54,146 nucleotides of DNA, taken from positions 1-54,146 of the forward strand of contig JALWDZ010000005.1 in assembly GCA_027039485.1 (NCBI GenBank), in the 5' to 3' direction. The stretch is from Candidatus Shapirobacteria bacterium (lineage in GTDB: Bacteria > Patescibacteriota > Microgenomatia > UBA12405 > UBA6130). Both the position numbers and the translations under genes were made by a program. This document shows positions 29,002 through 37,881 of this stretch, one piece after another. The number at the start of each line of letters is the position of its first letter. Within the stretch, counting starts at the first letter, position 1. The notes under the pieces are model-generated. The model was not told where the DNA came from. It did not search any database and saw nothing but the letters and a program-made list of their open reading frames with translations.

Positions 29002-29715
29002 CTAATAGCTGGGAACGGCAATATAGACGATGGTGTTTTCGTACCTGCCAGCGGCTTGGCTGGCAGAAATATTTACTTTGTAAGTTACCGTTGCCTGGGA
29101 TTGGCGGGTAACATCGTTGCTGGCCATAACCGTCTGGGCGGTTTCTCCCCCTTCATGGTTGGCAAATTGGCGAAAATAGCTGGTGTCGGCAAAATCGCTG
29201 GGAACATCATCGCCGCTCATGTTGAACCCAAATCCAAAAGTGGCGGTTGATTGCCAAACTCCGGCCTGAGTTTCATCACAATCGTTGTTGTCACAGGTAG
29301 TGTCGGCAATTATACTTCCCGTTTGATTGCGAAGGGGATGGTTTTCGAAGGCCAGCACCTGGTAACCACCGGCGCCACCGGCCCGAACAGTGAGGACATT
29401 AGTAGCCGTAGCTGGACTTTCGGGCGTTAGGCTGCCAAAATCAACGGTTAGGCTAGAAATAGCAAAACTAAAGGGAATTATAGAATGGATATATTGGAAC
29501 CCGGCCCGCACTTTATAGCCGGCGGAGGTGTAAAGGCCGGGAGCAGTTTGGCCCAAAGTAATCCCCAGCTGGTAATTGCTGCCAGTCTGCCGACCACTGC
29601 CCAAATTAACATTCCCCCACTGGATTTTGTAAGAATCGGACGACATGTCAATTGCCCAGCTAGCCACGGGAAAAAATAAACCAGCCAGGATAATCAAAAG
29701 CAACCTAATCTTCAT
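29002..29715 (-). CDS. Hypothetical secreted beta-rich protein
   Basis: Signal peptide ending ASWA, Ser/Thr/Gly-rich, CxxxxC. Confidence 0.65.
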   Translation of the reverse strand: MKIRLLLIILAGLFFPVASWAIDMSSDSYKIQWGNVNLGSGRQTGSNYQLGITLGQTAPGLYTSAGYKVRAGFQYIHSIIPFSFAISSLTVDFGSLTPESPATATNVLTVRAGGAGGYQVLAFENHPLRNQTGSIIADTTCDNNDCDETQAGVWQSTATFGFGFNMSGDDVPSDFADTSYFRQFANHEGGETAQTVMASNDVTRQSQATVTYKVNISASQAAGRYENTIVYIAVPSY

Positions 29716-30436
29716 GGTCGGTTTCTTGGTCAACGGCTTTTTCCAAAACTTGGCTTTCTTGCAGAAGTTTTTGGGTAAGGCGGCGAAGGCGCTTAAGGTT
29801 GGCCCGTTGTTCCTCGGTAAAATGGGTTAAATCGGCCAAAAGAACAGATAATTTATCGAGCATTTCGATCAAAGCCGGGCGGGCAGCGGTGGCCAGCCAG
29901 AGGAGAATGGCCGTTTCTTGGTGAGCGAGGTGCTTTTCATCGCGGGCCCACTTAGCCTGATAAAGTTGGAGGCGGCGCTTTTGGCGCAAATTAGCCAAAT
30001 ATTGGCGGCCGAAATAAAGGCTCAGGGGGGCAACCAAAATCAGCGAAAGAGGATTCAGCCATTCTTGCCACCCCTGACTTACCGGAGTAGTGAGCCAGAG
30101 GAAAAAAGCCAGAAAGAAGCTAAAAGCAAAGGTCAGCCAAGGTTCCCAGGCAAAGGCTAGCCCAAAAAGAAGGAAATAAAGAAGAAAAAAGAGGGGCGAT
30201 TGGCTGCCACCGCTAGTAAAAACCAGGAGGAGAATGACCAGGCTAAAAATTAAGCCGTCGATACCGGCTAACGACGAGGAGCCAGAAAACCAAAGCTGGC
30301 GGACAAAATAGACTAAAACCAAAAGGGCTGTCAGCTGGAGGCTATAGAACGACAACTGGCCGCTTTGGGTCCAAACCCAGGCTAAAAGAGTGGCCAAAAT
30401 TAAAAATAAAAGGTGGAAATAAAAATTCCGTTGCAT
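29705..30436 (-). CDS. Hypothetical membrane protein with C-terminal helical region
   Basis: About 6 TM helices, SGGSQSPLFFLLYF motif. Confidence 0.65.
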   Translation of the reverse strand: MQRNFYFHLLFLILATLLAWVWTQSGQLSFYSLQLTALLVLVYFVRQLWFSGSSSLAGIDGLIFSLVILLLVFTSGGSQSPLFFLLYFLLFGLAFAWEPWLTFAFSFFLAFFLWLTTPVSQGWQEWLNPLSLILVAPLSLYFGRQYLANLRQKRRLQLYQAKWARDEKHLAHQETAILLWLATAARPALIEMLDKLSVLLADLTHFTEEQRANLKRLRRLTQKLLQESQVLEKAVDQETDHED

Positions 30437-30471
30437 ACCCCATTCTGCCAAATTTAAACCAAGAAAACAAC

Positions 30472-30503
30472 ACAAAAAATAGCCCCCAAGAAGGGGGCTA
30501 TTT
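30472..30503 (-). terminator. Intrinsic terminator after groL
   Basis: aaatagccccc-aagaa-gggggctattt hairpin followed by a T-run on the minus strand. Confidence 0.85.
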
Positions 30504-30520
30504 CCTACCCCACCTCCTGG

Positions 30521-32158
30521 TTAATACTCCATGCCGCCACCGGGGAGATTGCTACCACCCTCCTTTTTTTCTTCCTTTTCGGGCACTTCGGTTACCAAAA
30601 CTTCGGTGGTTAAGATCATCCCGGCCACACTGGCCGCATTCAAAAGGGCATTGCGGCTGACTTTAGCCGGATCCAAGATGCCGGCGGTAACCAAAGATTC
30701 AAACTTGCCGGTAAGAGCATTAAGGCCAAAGTCAGGCTTAGTGGCCAAGGCATCTTCCACCTTTTTCAAGACATAACCGTCATCAAAGCCGGCATTCTTA
30801 GCTAGCCAGCGAACTGGTTGTTCCAAAGCGCGGCGGACAATGTCAATACCCACTTTTTCTTCCTCATTAGCCGGCTTAAGATCCGCCAGGGCTTTTTTGG
30901 CCCGCAAGAAAGCCACTCCGCCGCCGGGGAGAATTCCTTCGGCAACGGCTGCCTTGGTAGCTTCCACAGCATCCTTCACCCGCTCTTGCTTTTCTTTTAG
31001 CTCGACCTCTGTAGCCGCGCCAACCTGGATAACCGCTACCCCGCCGGCTAATTTTGCCAGGCGCTCTTCTAATTTTTCCCGATCGTAATCGGAATCAGCC
31101 TTTTCGATCTCCCGGCGAATTTGGGCAATCCGGGCCTCGATTTTAGCCTTTTCGCCTTTGCCACCGACAATGCGGCAATTATCTTTATCGGCAATAACCT
31201 TATCGGCCCGGCCACAATCACTCGGCTGGACTGTCTCTAGCTTCCGCCCGGTATCTTCAGAGATAACTGTCCCGCCGGTGAGGATAGCGATATCCTCCAG
31301 CATCGCTTTACGGCGGTCACCAAAGCCGGGGGCTTTAACCACCAAGGCGTTAAAGGTGCCCTTAAGCTTATTTACTACTAAAGTGGCCAGGGCTTCCCCT
31401 TCAACGTCCTCGGCAATGATGACAAAGTTCTTCGTCACCTTAACAATATTCTCTAAGAAAGGCAGGATTTCCTGGACCGAGGAAATTTTCTTGTCAGTAA
31501 TGAGAATATAAGGATTCTCAATAACCGCCTCCATCGAATCAGGGTTGGTTACAAAATAAGGAGAAACATAACCCTGGTCAAATTCCATCCCTTCCTTATA
31601 TTCAATTTCAATGTCAAAGCCCTTGCCTTCCTCAACGGTGATAACTCCATCGCGGCCGACTTTCTCGATTGCCTCGGCAATTTTCTGGCCAATCGCCGGA
31701 TCGGCAGCGGAAACAGTCGCTACCTGGGCAATTTCTTCTTTGCCTTTTACCGGCTTAGCCATCTCCCGAAGGGCCTTAGCAGCCGCTTCTGCTGCCTGCT
31801 CGATCCCTTTTTTGACCAACATCGGGTTATAACCGGCAGTCACATTTTTGAGGCCCTCTTTGGCCAAAGCCCAAGTCAAAAGGGTTGCTGTCGTGGTGCC
31901 GTCGCCGGCCACATCATTAGTTTTCGAGGCCGCTTCCTTCACCAATTGGGCTCCTAAATTCTCCCAAGGATCGGCTAAATCGATTTCCTTGGCAACCGTT
32001 ACCCCATCGTGGACAATGGTCGGGCTGCCCCACTTTCTTTCCAGAGCCACATTGCGGCCCCGGGGCCCCATAGTTGCCACTACCGCTCGGGCAACCGTTT
32101 CAATACCTTTTAAAAGAGACTTGCGTGCTTCTTCACCAAATTGTAATTGTTTTGCCAT
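30521..32158 (-). CDS. groL: Chaperonin GroEL
   Basis: [28 protein letters not shown] tail. Confidence 0.98.
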   Translation of the reverse strand: MAKQLQFGEEARKSLLKGIETVARAVVATMGPRGRNVALERKWGSPTIVHDGVTVAKEIDLADPWENLGAQLVKEAASKTNDVAGDGTTTATLLTWALAKEGLKNVTAGYNPMLVKKGIEQAAEAAAKALREMAKPVKGKEEIAQVATVSAADPAIGQKIAEAIEKVGRDGVITVEEGKGFDIEIEYKEGMEFDQGYVSPYFVTNPDSMEAVIENPYILITDKKISSVQEILPFLENIVKVTKNFVIIAEDVEGEALATLVVNKLKGTFNALVVKAPGFGDRRKAMLEDIAILTGGTVISEDTGRKLETVQPSDCGRADKVIADKDNCRIVGGKGEKAKIEARIAQIRREIEKADSDYDREKLEERLAKLAGGVAVIQVGAATEVELKEKQERVKDAVEATKAAVAEGILPGGGVAFLRAKKALADLKPANEEEKVGIDIVRRALEQPVRWLAKNAGFDDGYVLKKVEDALATKPDFGLNALTGKFESLVTAGILDPAKVSRNALLNAASVAGMILTTEVLVTEVPEKEEKKEGGSNLPGGGMEY

Positions 32159-32175
32159 TGTTTCCCTCCTTATTT

Positions 32176-32484
32176 TTAACCAATAACAGCCATAATGTCA
32201 TCAAATTTAACAAAAAGGAAGTCTTTATTCTCTCCTTGGGGGCGATACTCATTGCCGGCCCATTTCTTGAAGACAACCAGGTCGCCCTTTTTGCAGGGAG
32301 CAGCAATTTTAGCCCCATATTCACTAATTAAAGTTGCCCCGACAGCAATTACCCGTCCCGCTTGAGGTTTTTCTTCATGGCTGTCAGGCAAAACAATGCC
32401 GCTGGGCGTTTTCTTCTCTTCAGCCAACGGCTCAATTAAAACATAACCTGGAGTAGGTTTAATTTTAGCCAGCATACTTTTCAT
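32176..32484 (-). CDS. groS: Co-chaperonin GroES
   Basis: [26 protein letters not shown]; directly upstream of groL. Confidence 0.95.
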   Translation of the reverse strand: MKSMLAKIKPTPGYVLIEPLAEEKKTPSGIVLPDSHEEKPQAGRVIAVGATLISEYGAKIAAPCKKGDLVVFKKWAGNEYRPQGENKDFLFVKFDDIMAVIG

Positions 32485-32512
32485 TGGACCTCCTCAATGA
32501 GAACTTCTAACT

Positions 32513-32571
32513 TTATCACTTGCAGATCTCAACTGATAATTATTCTAACGGTCCCGCCCAGCGTTTGTCAA
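32513..32571 (-). promoter_or_regulatory. groES promoter with degenerate CIRCE
   Basis: TTGACA (32566-71), 18 bp, TAGAAT (32542-47), followed by inverted repeat TTATCACTT-N9-AACTGATAA (32513-32539). Confidence 0.65.
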
Positions 32572-32580
32572 GAGGAAACT

Positions 32581-32624
32581 TCCCAGGTGGAATACACTCC
32601 GCCAGCCGGCGGAACACCTCGGGA
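32581..32624. repeat. Solo palindromic module
   Basis: tcccaggtg...tccgccagccggcgga...cacctcggga; shares motifs with 3698-3713 and 22990-23036. Confidence 0.7.
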
Positions 32625-32668
32625 TTGCCGAAGCTAAGGAAGTGAGAATTTAAAAGGGAAACTAAGTG

Positions 32669-33553
32669 CTAGAGCTGGGGCAGACTCGAAAGTAACTGCC
32701 GATAGCGCTTCAAGATTAGCTGGCTCTGGTCGCGGGGATGGAAAAAGGCAAAGCGGGGACCAACCAATTCCCGCTGGTGATGGCGAGCCATGTAAAAGTA
32801 CTGTAGCTGATAAGCTAACTTTTCCAACAAACTCGGCGGCCGCGGCGGTGGTGGCGGCGGGCAGGGATGTCTTTGGCAAAAGGTTTTCAGCCAGGTAGCC
32901 AAAAATCGCCCCAGCCAGTCACGGTTGGCAGCCACCAGCCGGGCGTACCAGTCACCCTCATCATAAACAACTTTCATCTGGAAAATTTCCATGGCCACAA
33001 AAAGGTTTTGCTTGGCCGGGGGCAAACGGAGGGCATCGCCGGCTAACCAGACGTTGGGGCAAAGCCGATCGGCGATCCGCCGGCCCCGGTGGAACGGCAA
33101 GCCCGCCGGCCGCCGCGGCTGGCGCTGCCAGCGCCGCCACACCTCCCACCAAAGTCGGGTCTGCCAAAGCCGGCCGGGGGCGGTAATTAACAAAAGATCC
33201 AAATCATCGCCCGGATAAGCATTTTCGCTAGCCACACTGCCGGTTACTGCCAAAAGCTTAATCCCCGGCAGCCCCCGGCCGGCGGGAAAAAACTGCTTCA
33301 CCCGGGCCAGTTTGCGCCGGGCCCAAAAAAGTCCCCGCTGGCGGGACCGGCAAGAACAAGAGGGCAAAAAATAATAGCCAGCTTGCTCCCGGAGCCAGCC
33401 GCGGCGGCCGGCCCGGGCAATAGCTTTTTTCACTGTTGGCCAAGAATACACTTGGGACGACAAAAGGCGGTGGTAAATTTCTTCCTCCCGAAGGGGAAAA
33501 CGGAAAAGGTTGCTATAAGCGACGGTAGTCAAAACAGCCCTAACGGCGCTCAT
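32669..33553 (-). CDS. Hypothetical protein with Pol-beta-type nucleotidyltransferase motif
   Basis: AVTGSVA....DDLDLLLI (hGS...DxD); C-terminal AFFHPRD. Confidence 0.6.
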   Translation of the reverse strand: MSAVRAVLTTVAYSNLFRFPLREEEIYHRLLSSQVYSWPTVKKAIARAGRRGWLREQAGYYFLPSCSCRSRQRGLFWARRKLARVKQFFPAGRGLPGIKLLAVTGSVASENAYPGDDLDLLLITAPGRLWQTRLWWEVWRRWQRQPRRPAGLPFHRGRRIADRLCPNVWLAGDALRLPPAKQNLFVAMEIFQMKVVYDEGDWYARLVAANRDWLGRFLATWLKTFCQRHPCPPPPPPRPPSLLEKLAYQLQYFYMARHHQRELVGPRFAFFHPRDQSQLILKRYRQLLSSLPQL

Positions 33554-35088
33554 CAAGGAAGACGGTAACGGCTGCGAACCTGGTTAATACCCTGCAAAAG
33601 CGTCTCGATGACCGTATCTTCACTTTTACCTTGGTTAAGGCCATTAATGGCATCGGCGAAATACTTGCGCATCGCTTCGTTGGGCCCGTTGTCGTGAGTG
33701 GCCGACGCCAGATACCAAACATAGCTGGTTTCGGCCTGGTTGATAAACGGCCGCAAAAGCGGGTTGGCATCTAGGCCCTTAGCCAAATCGCGGCGGGGAT
33801 AAATTTCCCCGAAAGCCCGAATTTGGCTCTCGGCCTGATAAAGCCGCTGGAGGCCTTCTTTGGAGGCCAAATATTGCAGAAATTCCCAGGCCTCCTTTTG
33901 GTGAGACGAGTGGCGATTAACCCCTTCCACCCAAAAAGTAGCCCAGTTTATCTCATTCAACTCTCCCGATTTTTCGGCCGTGGCCATATCTACCCCGGCG
34001 GTATTTTTCGGCAATTTAGGTACCGGAGCGGTGGCAAAACGCAGCTTGGGATTCATATCTTGGAGATTAAAAATGCGCCAAGAGGGGGCAAAGTAAAAAA
34101 CTAACCGTTCACTGGCAAAGGCCAACGTGGAGTTAGGCAAAGTTGCGTCCCAAACATGGTCGCGGCGCGAGAAAATGGTGTAAAAGGTCAACGCTTCCTG
34201 CAACGATTGGCGGCTCTTTTGAGGCTGGCGCAAATCAACCCCGTTTTGGTAAAGCATCAAACCAACAATGTCGCTCCAGTGGTCAACGTTGCTTACTGTT
34301 CCCAAGGCAACCCCGGCGACCTTAATCCGCTGGTTGGGATCGCGGGTGGTCAGCTTTTTAGCCATTTCTTCTAATCCCCACCAAGTCCGCGGCGGCTTCA
34401 AACCGGCTGCCTGGAGAATTTTCTGGTTGTAAAACAAAGCCAGATTGTCAATCATTAGCGGCAAAGCCAGATAGTGGCCGTTTGCTTTTAAGCTGCGGGG
34501 GATAACCGAAAAGTAATTATGGTCTAAATCCAAACTTTGTTCCACCGCTGCTGGAACCGGAGCTAGTTGATCGGCAAAAACTGGCAGCCAGGTCACATGG
34601 AGGCGGAAAATGTCCGGCCCTTGGTTGCGGGCTAAACTGTTTTCCAACCGCGCTTGGTAATCGGTGGGGTCGCTAAGCCGGTAGTTAATTTTAATGCCGG
34701 GATGGCTTTTCTCGAACTCAGCAATCGCTCCCTGAACCACCCCGGCTGGTTCCCATAACCCCCAATAGGTTAAGGTCACCGGTTGGCGAGGCTGATGGCG
34801 ATGACGGAGAAGGGAAAAAACTAAGGTTAAAAGAATCACCAGGAAAACGCCCCCGGCGGCAATAAGAACCAGTTTTTTCTTCCAAAAAGGCTCTGGCGGC
34901 AGAGTCGGGCCAGGCGATTCCGGCGGTGTTGTTGGCGGCGAATTAGGGGGAGAAGATTCTGGTGGCGCCGGATTTGGAGAAGAAGCAGTATTGGGCTTGG
35001 AATCATTACCCGCGCCAGCCGGCGTTGGCGTTTCACCGGCACCAGGAGAAGGAGAATTAATTTTGGGCACCACTGCCTGCATCGCCAT
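33553..35088 (-). CDS. Membrane-anchored extracellular solute-binding protein (family 1, sugar type)
   Basis: LTYWGLWE, GPDIF, LALFYN, AWEFLQYL; Pro-rich N-terminus and one TM helix. Confidence 0.8.
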   Translation of the reverse strand: MAMQAVVPKINSPSPGAGETPTPAGAGNDSKPNTASSPNPAPPESSPPNSPPTTPPESPGPTLPPEPFWKKKLVLIAAGGVFLVILLTLVFSLLRHRHQPRQPVTLTYWGLWEPAGVVQGAIAEFEKSHPGIKINYRLSDPTDYQARLENSLARNQGPDIFRLHVTWLPVFADQLAPVPAAVEQSLDLDHNYFSVIPRSLKANGHYLALPLMIDNLALFYNQKILQAAGLKPPRTWWGLEEMAKKLTTRDPNQRIKVAGVALGTVSNVDHWSDIVGLMLYQNGVDLRQPQKSRQSLQEALTFYTIFSRRDHVWDATLPNSTLAFASERLVFYFAPSWRIFNLQDMNPKLRFATAPVPKLPKNTAGVDMATAEKSGELNEINWATFWVEGVNRHSSHQKEAWEFLQYLASKEGLQRLYQAESQIRAFGEIYPRRDLAKGLDANPLLRPFINQAETSYVWYLASATHDNGPNEAMRKYFADAINGLNQGKSEDTVIETLLQGINQVRSRYRLP

Positions 35089-35135
35089 AACTAATAATAA
35101 AGCACCAGAACCCGATTTGTCCAATAAAGAACGAA

Positions 35136-35560
35136 GGAACTAGGAATAATAAGCACCAAATTCCAAATTACAAATAACAAACAAATCCTAAATCCTAATG
35201 ACCCAAATCCTAAACAATAACCAAATTACCAAATGACCAAAACTCAAGACGCCCCTTCTTGTCATCCCGCCCTTTCATAAGAAAGGGCGGGGTCTAGCGA
35301 GCGGAGCGAACGCATGAAAAAGGAAACCAGAGGATCAGGATATCAGGGAAAGAATTCGGAATATCAGGATATCAGGTTAACTTTTTTCTCTGTTATCCTG
35401 ATCTCTTATTCTCTTTCCCTGATTGCTTGATTCCCTGATATTCTACAATTTAATCCTTTTTTCTCTTTACTAAGTTCTAAATTCCGAGTTCTAAGTTCTG
35501 AATATTTGGGGTTTAGGATTTTGGTATTGTTTGTGATTTGGTGCTTGGGATTTGGAATTT
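35136..35560. repeat. Composite intergenic repeat island C
   Basis: Outer arms aagcaccaaat.../...atttggtgctt; ~140-nt block shared with island B (35182-35319 vs 22549-22692); ATCAGG/CCTGAT array; AGTTCT heptamers. Confidence 0.9.
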
Positions 35561-35564
35561 ACTG

Positions 35565-36452
35565 TTAAAACAAACTTGCTTGGACATTGACCGGGGCAAG
35601 CTTTTTGTCAATGCGCCGAGCCAGCGAGGGCAGGCGGTAGGCGGCCAAAACCTGGCCCAGCCGGCGCAGCTTTTTTTGGTCCCAGCGGGCTGAGGACAAC
35701 TTAACTTTTATTTTTAAATCAGTTAAGATTGTGGCCAGCTGCTGGGAAAGCTCGGCTTCTTTTTGCCCCTGGCGTAACTTTTCTTGCCAGCGGGGAGCGA
35801 TTTGGTCCAAATGACGGTAGATATTCTTCAAAGAACGGTAACGGGCTAAAAGCTGGCCGGCCGTTTTGGGCCCGATGCCATTTACTCCCGGATACTCGTC
35901 AGAACTGTCACCAACTAATGCCTTGTAGTCAATAACCTGTTGGGGCTTAATCCCTAACTCTCGCCTCACCGCTTTCGGATCAATAATTTCCAACTGGGTC
36001 AGGTGGCGCCGCCAAGTTACCAATCTGATGCGCCGAGAAACTAACTGCATTAGATCCCGGTCACCGGTAAGGATATAGACTAGGTGTTTTTTTGCCAGGC
36101 GAGTGGCCAGACTGCCAATAACATCGTCGGCCTCCACCCCGGCTTGAATCAGTTGAGGAATAGTAGCCTTTTGGAGAATTTCCTGGGTCAGCTGCGACTG
36201 TTTCTGCAGCTCTAGAGGCATCTCTGGCCGGCGGGCTTGGTAACCCACAAAAAGCTGGTGGCGAAAATTAGGGCCAGGGTGGTCAAAAGCAACCCACAAA
36301 TAGGCTGGTTTCATCTGTTCGCTGGCTCGCAGAAAAATGCTAAAGAAGCCGTAAACCGCCCCCACCGCGCCAAACTTGTTAGTTAGCGGCGGAAGGGCAT
36401 GGAAAGCACGGTGCAAAACAGCATTGCCGTCAATAATTAGGGCCTTAGCCAT
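35565..36452 (-). CDS. Stand-alone 5'-3' exonuclease / flap endonuclease (PolI N-terminal domain homolog)
   Basis: IIDGN...RAFHA, EADDVIG, TGDRDL, GDSSD..PGV.GIGPKTA; no polymerase domain; ends in QASLF. Confidence 0.9.
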   Translation of the reverse strand: MAKALIIDGNAVLHRAFHALPPLTNKFGAVGAVYGFFSIFLRASEQMKPAYLWVAFDHPGPNFRHQLFVGYQARRPEMPLELQKQSQLTQEILQKATIPQLIQAGVEADDVIGSLATRLAKKHLVYILTGDRDLMQLVSRRIRLVTWRRHLTQLEIIDPKAVRRELGIKPQQVIDYKALVGDSSDEYPGVNGIGPKTAGQLLARYRSLKNIYRHLDQIAPRWQEKLRQGQKEAELSQQLATILTDLKIKVKLSSARWDQKKLRRLGQVLAAYRLPSLARRIDKKLAPVNVQASLF

Positions 36453-36488
36453 AGGCAATTATCCCAATTTTTAGCCATGGCTGCAAAT

Positions 36489-36753
36489 TGGAAGTTAGAA
36501 TTCAGAACTTAGAACTTAGAGCTCAGAGCTTGGAACTTGGAGTTCAGAACTTAGAACTCAGTAAGAAAAAGATTAAATTATAAAAATATCAGGAAAAGTT
36601 AACCTGATCCCCTGGTTTCCTTTTCCATGCGCTCGCTCCGCTCGCTAGATCCTTCACTTCACCTGGCGGCTCGTTCAGGATGACTTCCTAAGATACTAAG
36701 ATCTAAGTTCCAAGTTCCAATAACCTAGTTCCTAGCTCCTAGTTCCTAGTTCC
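36489..36753. repeat. Composite intergenic repeat island D
   Basis: AGAACTT heptamers; inverted copy of the island C core; tcgttcaggatgac is the reverse complement of gtcatcctgaacga in island A; CCTAG heptamers. Confidence 0.9.
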
Positions 36754-36786
36754 ATTCGTTGTTTGTTGTTTGTTGGCAGTTGGCAA

Positions 36787-37881
36787 TTATTTGCCAACAA
36801 TTGCCCGTAGCTTTTGGCTGGCTTGGCGGTTGCGGCGGGCCAGTTTTCGTTGGGCCGCTTTCACCGGCAAGAGAATATCTGGCCGGGCTAGCATCTGGCG
36901 CACTAGCTGCCGTTGGCGGGCAAAATTTTCCGCCACCCAACCCAAATGGTAACGGCGAATTAGCTCCAAATTGCCATCTTCTTGGCCATGGATATGGGTC
37001 ACCGCTACAAAGGGCCGCTCTTGGGCCACAGCTTCAAAAATAAGGTTGGGGCCAGCCTTGCCGAAAACAACATCGCTAGCCGCCATCAGCTTTTCCATTT
37101 CCCGGCTATAACCGGTTAGAAAAAGCCGCGGCGGCCGGCGCACTTTCCCAGCCAAACGGTAGCTGCGGCGGATTAATTTTAAAAGGGAACGGTTCGACCC
37201 AGCTACGACAATCAGCTGGCAATCTTCCGCCTGATAGCGCCAGAAAAAATGCCCCAAAAGGCGCAAAAAACCTTGGCTCCCCTCGCTGCCGCCACATAAA
37301 AGAAAAGTAAACCGCCGGGGATCAAGGCCTAACCGCTGCCGCTGCCGACCCGCCGAATAACGACGAAAAAATTTCGGTTGGGTAAGCCAACCGATCGTTT
37401 GGAGGCGGGTTAGGGGAATGCCTAATTGCCGGCCCTGATGTTGGAAAGCCGGCCCAAAGCCGAGGTTCACGGCCGGCAACGAATAAGCCAGCGGCGAGGG
37501 GGTAATGGGATCAGGCACCAAATTAAAATAACGCCACCGAGCTTGGAGAGCTAGCTGGTCAAAAACCGGCAAGTAGAGCCAAAAAGTGGTCAAGACAACA
37601 TCCGGCGGCCAGCGGGCCAAAAGTTGTTGCCAGCGGCGGCGGTAATAAAAAAACAACCCCCGCCCCAGCCAGCGGCGCAGCCAGGCGCTATTGCCTAACC
37701 GGTAGGGCCAGCGGAAAAATTGGGGGAAAAAGCGATAAAAAAGCCGGTAGCCGCGGAAAAGCCAGTTATCACCAATCGCATCCACCACCCGAACTTGGTT
37801 GCCCCTCCCCCGCAGCGCCGCCGCCGCGGCCGCCGCCAGGCTAGCATGACCCTCGCGGGCGGAAAGAATTAAGATTTTCAC
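36787..37881 (-). CDS. MGDG-synthase-like / GT28 glycosyltransferase
   Basis: GHASLA, GGSEG, GKAGPNLIFEA, GQEDGN; GTG start overlaps the upstream stop (GTGA). Confidence 0.8.
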   Translation of the reverse strand: MKILILSAREGHASLAAAAAAALRGRGNQVRVVDAIGDNWLFRGYRLFYRFFPQFFRWPYRLGNSAWLRRWLGRGLFFYYRRRWQQLLARWPPDVVLTTFWLYLPVFDQLALQARWRYFNLVPDPITPSPLAYSLPAVNLGFGPAFQHQGRQLGIPLTRLQTIGWLTQPKFFRRYSAGRQRQRLGLDPRRFTFLLCGGSEGSQGFLRLLGHFFWRYQAEDCQLIVVAGSNRSLLKLIRRSYRLAGKVRRPPRLFLTGYSREMEKLMAASDVVFGKAGPNLIFEAVAQERPFVAVTHIHGQEDGNLELIRRYHLGWVAENFARQRQLVRQMLARPDILLPVKAAQRKLARRNRQASQKLRAIVGK

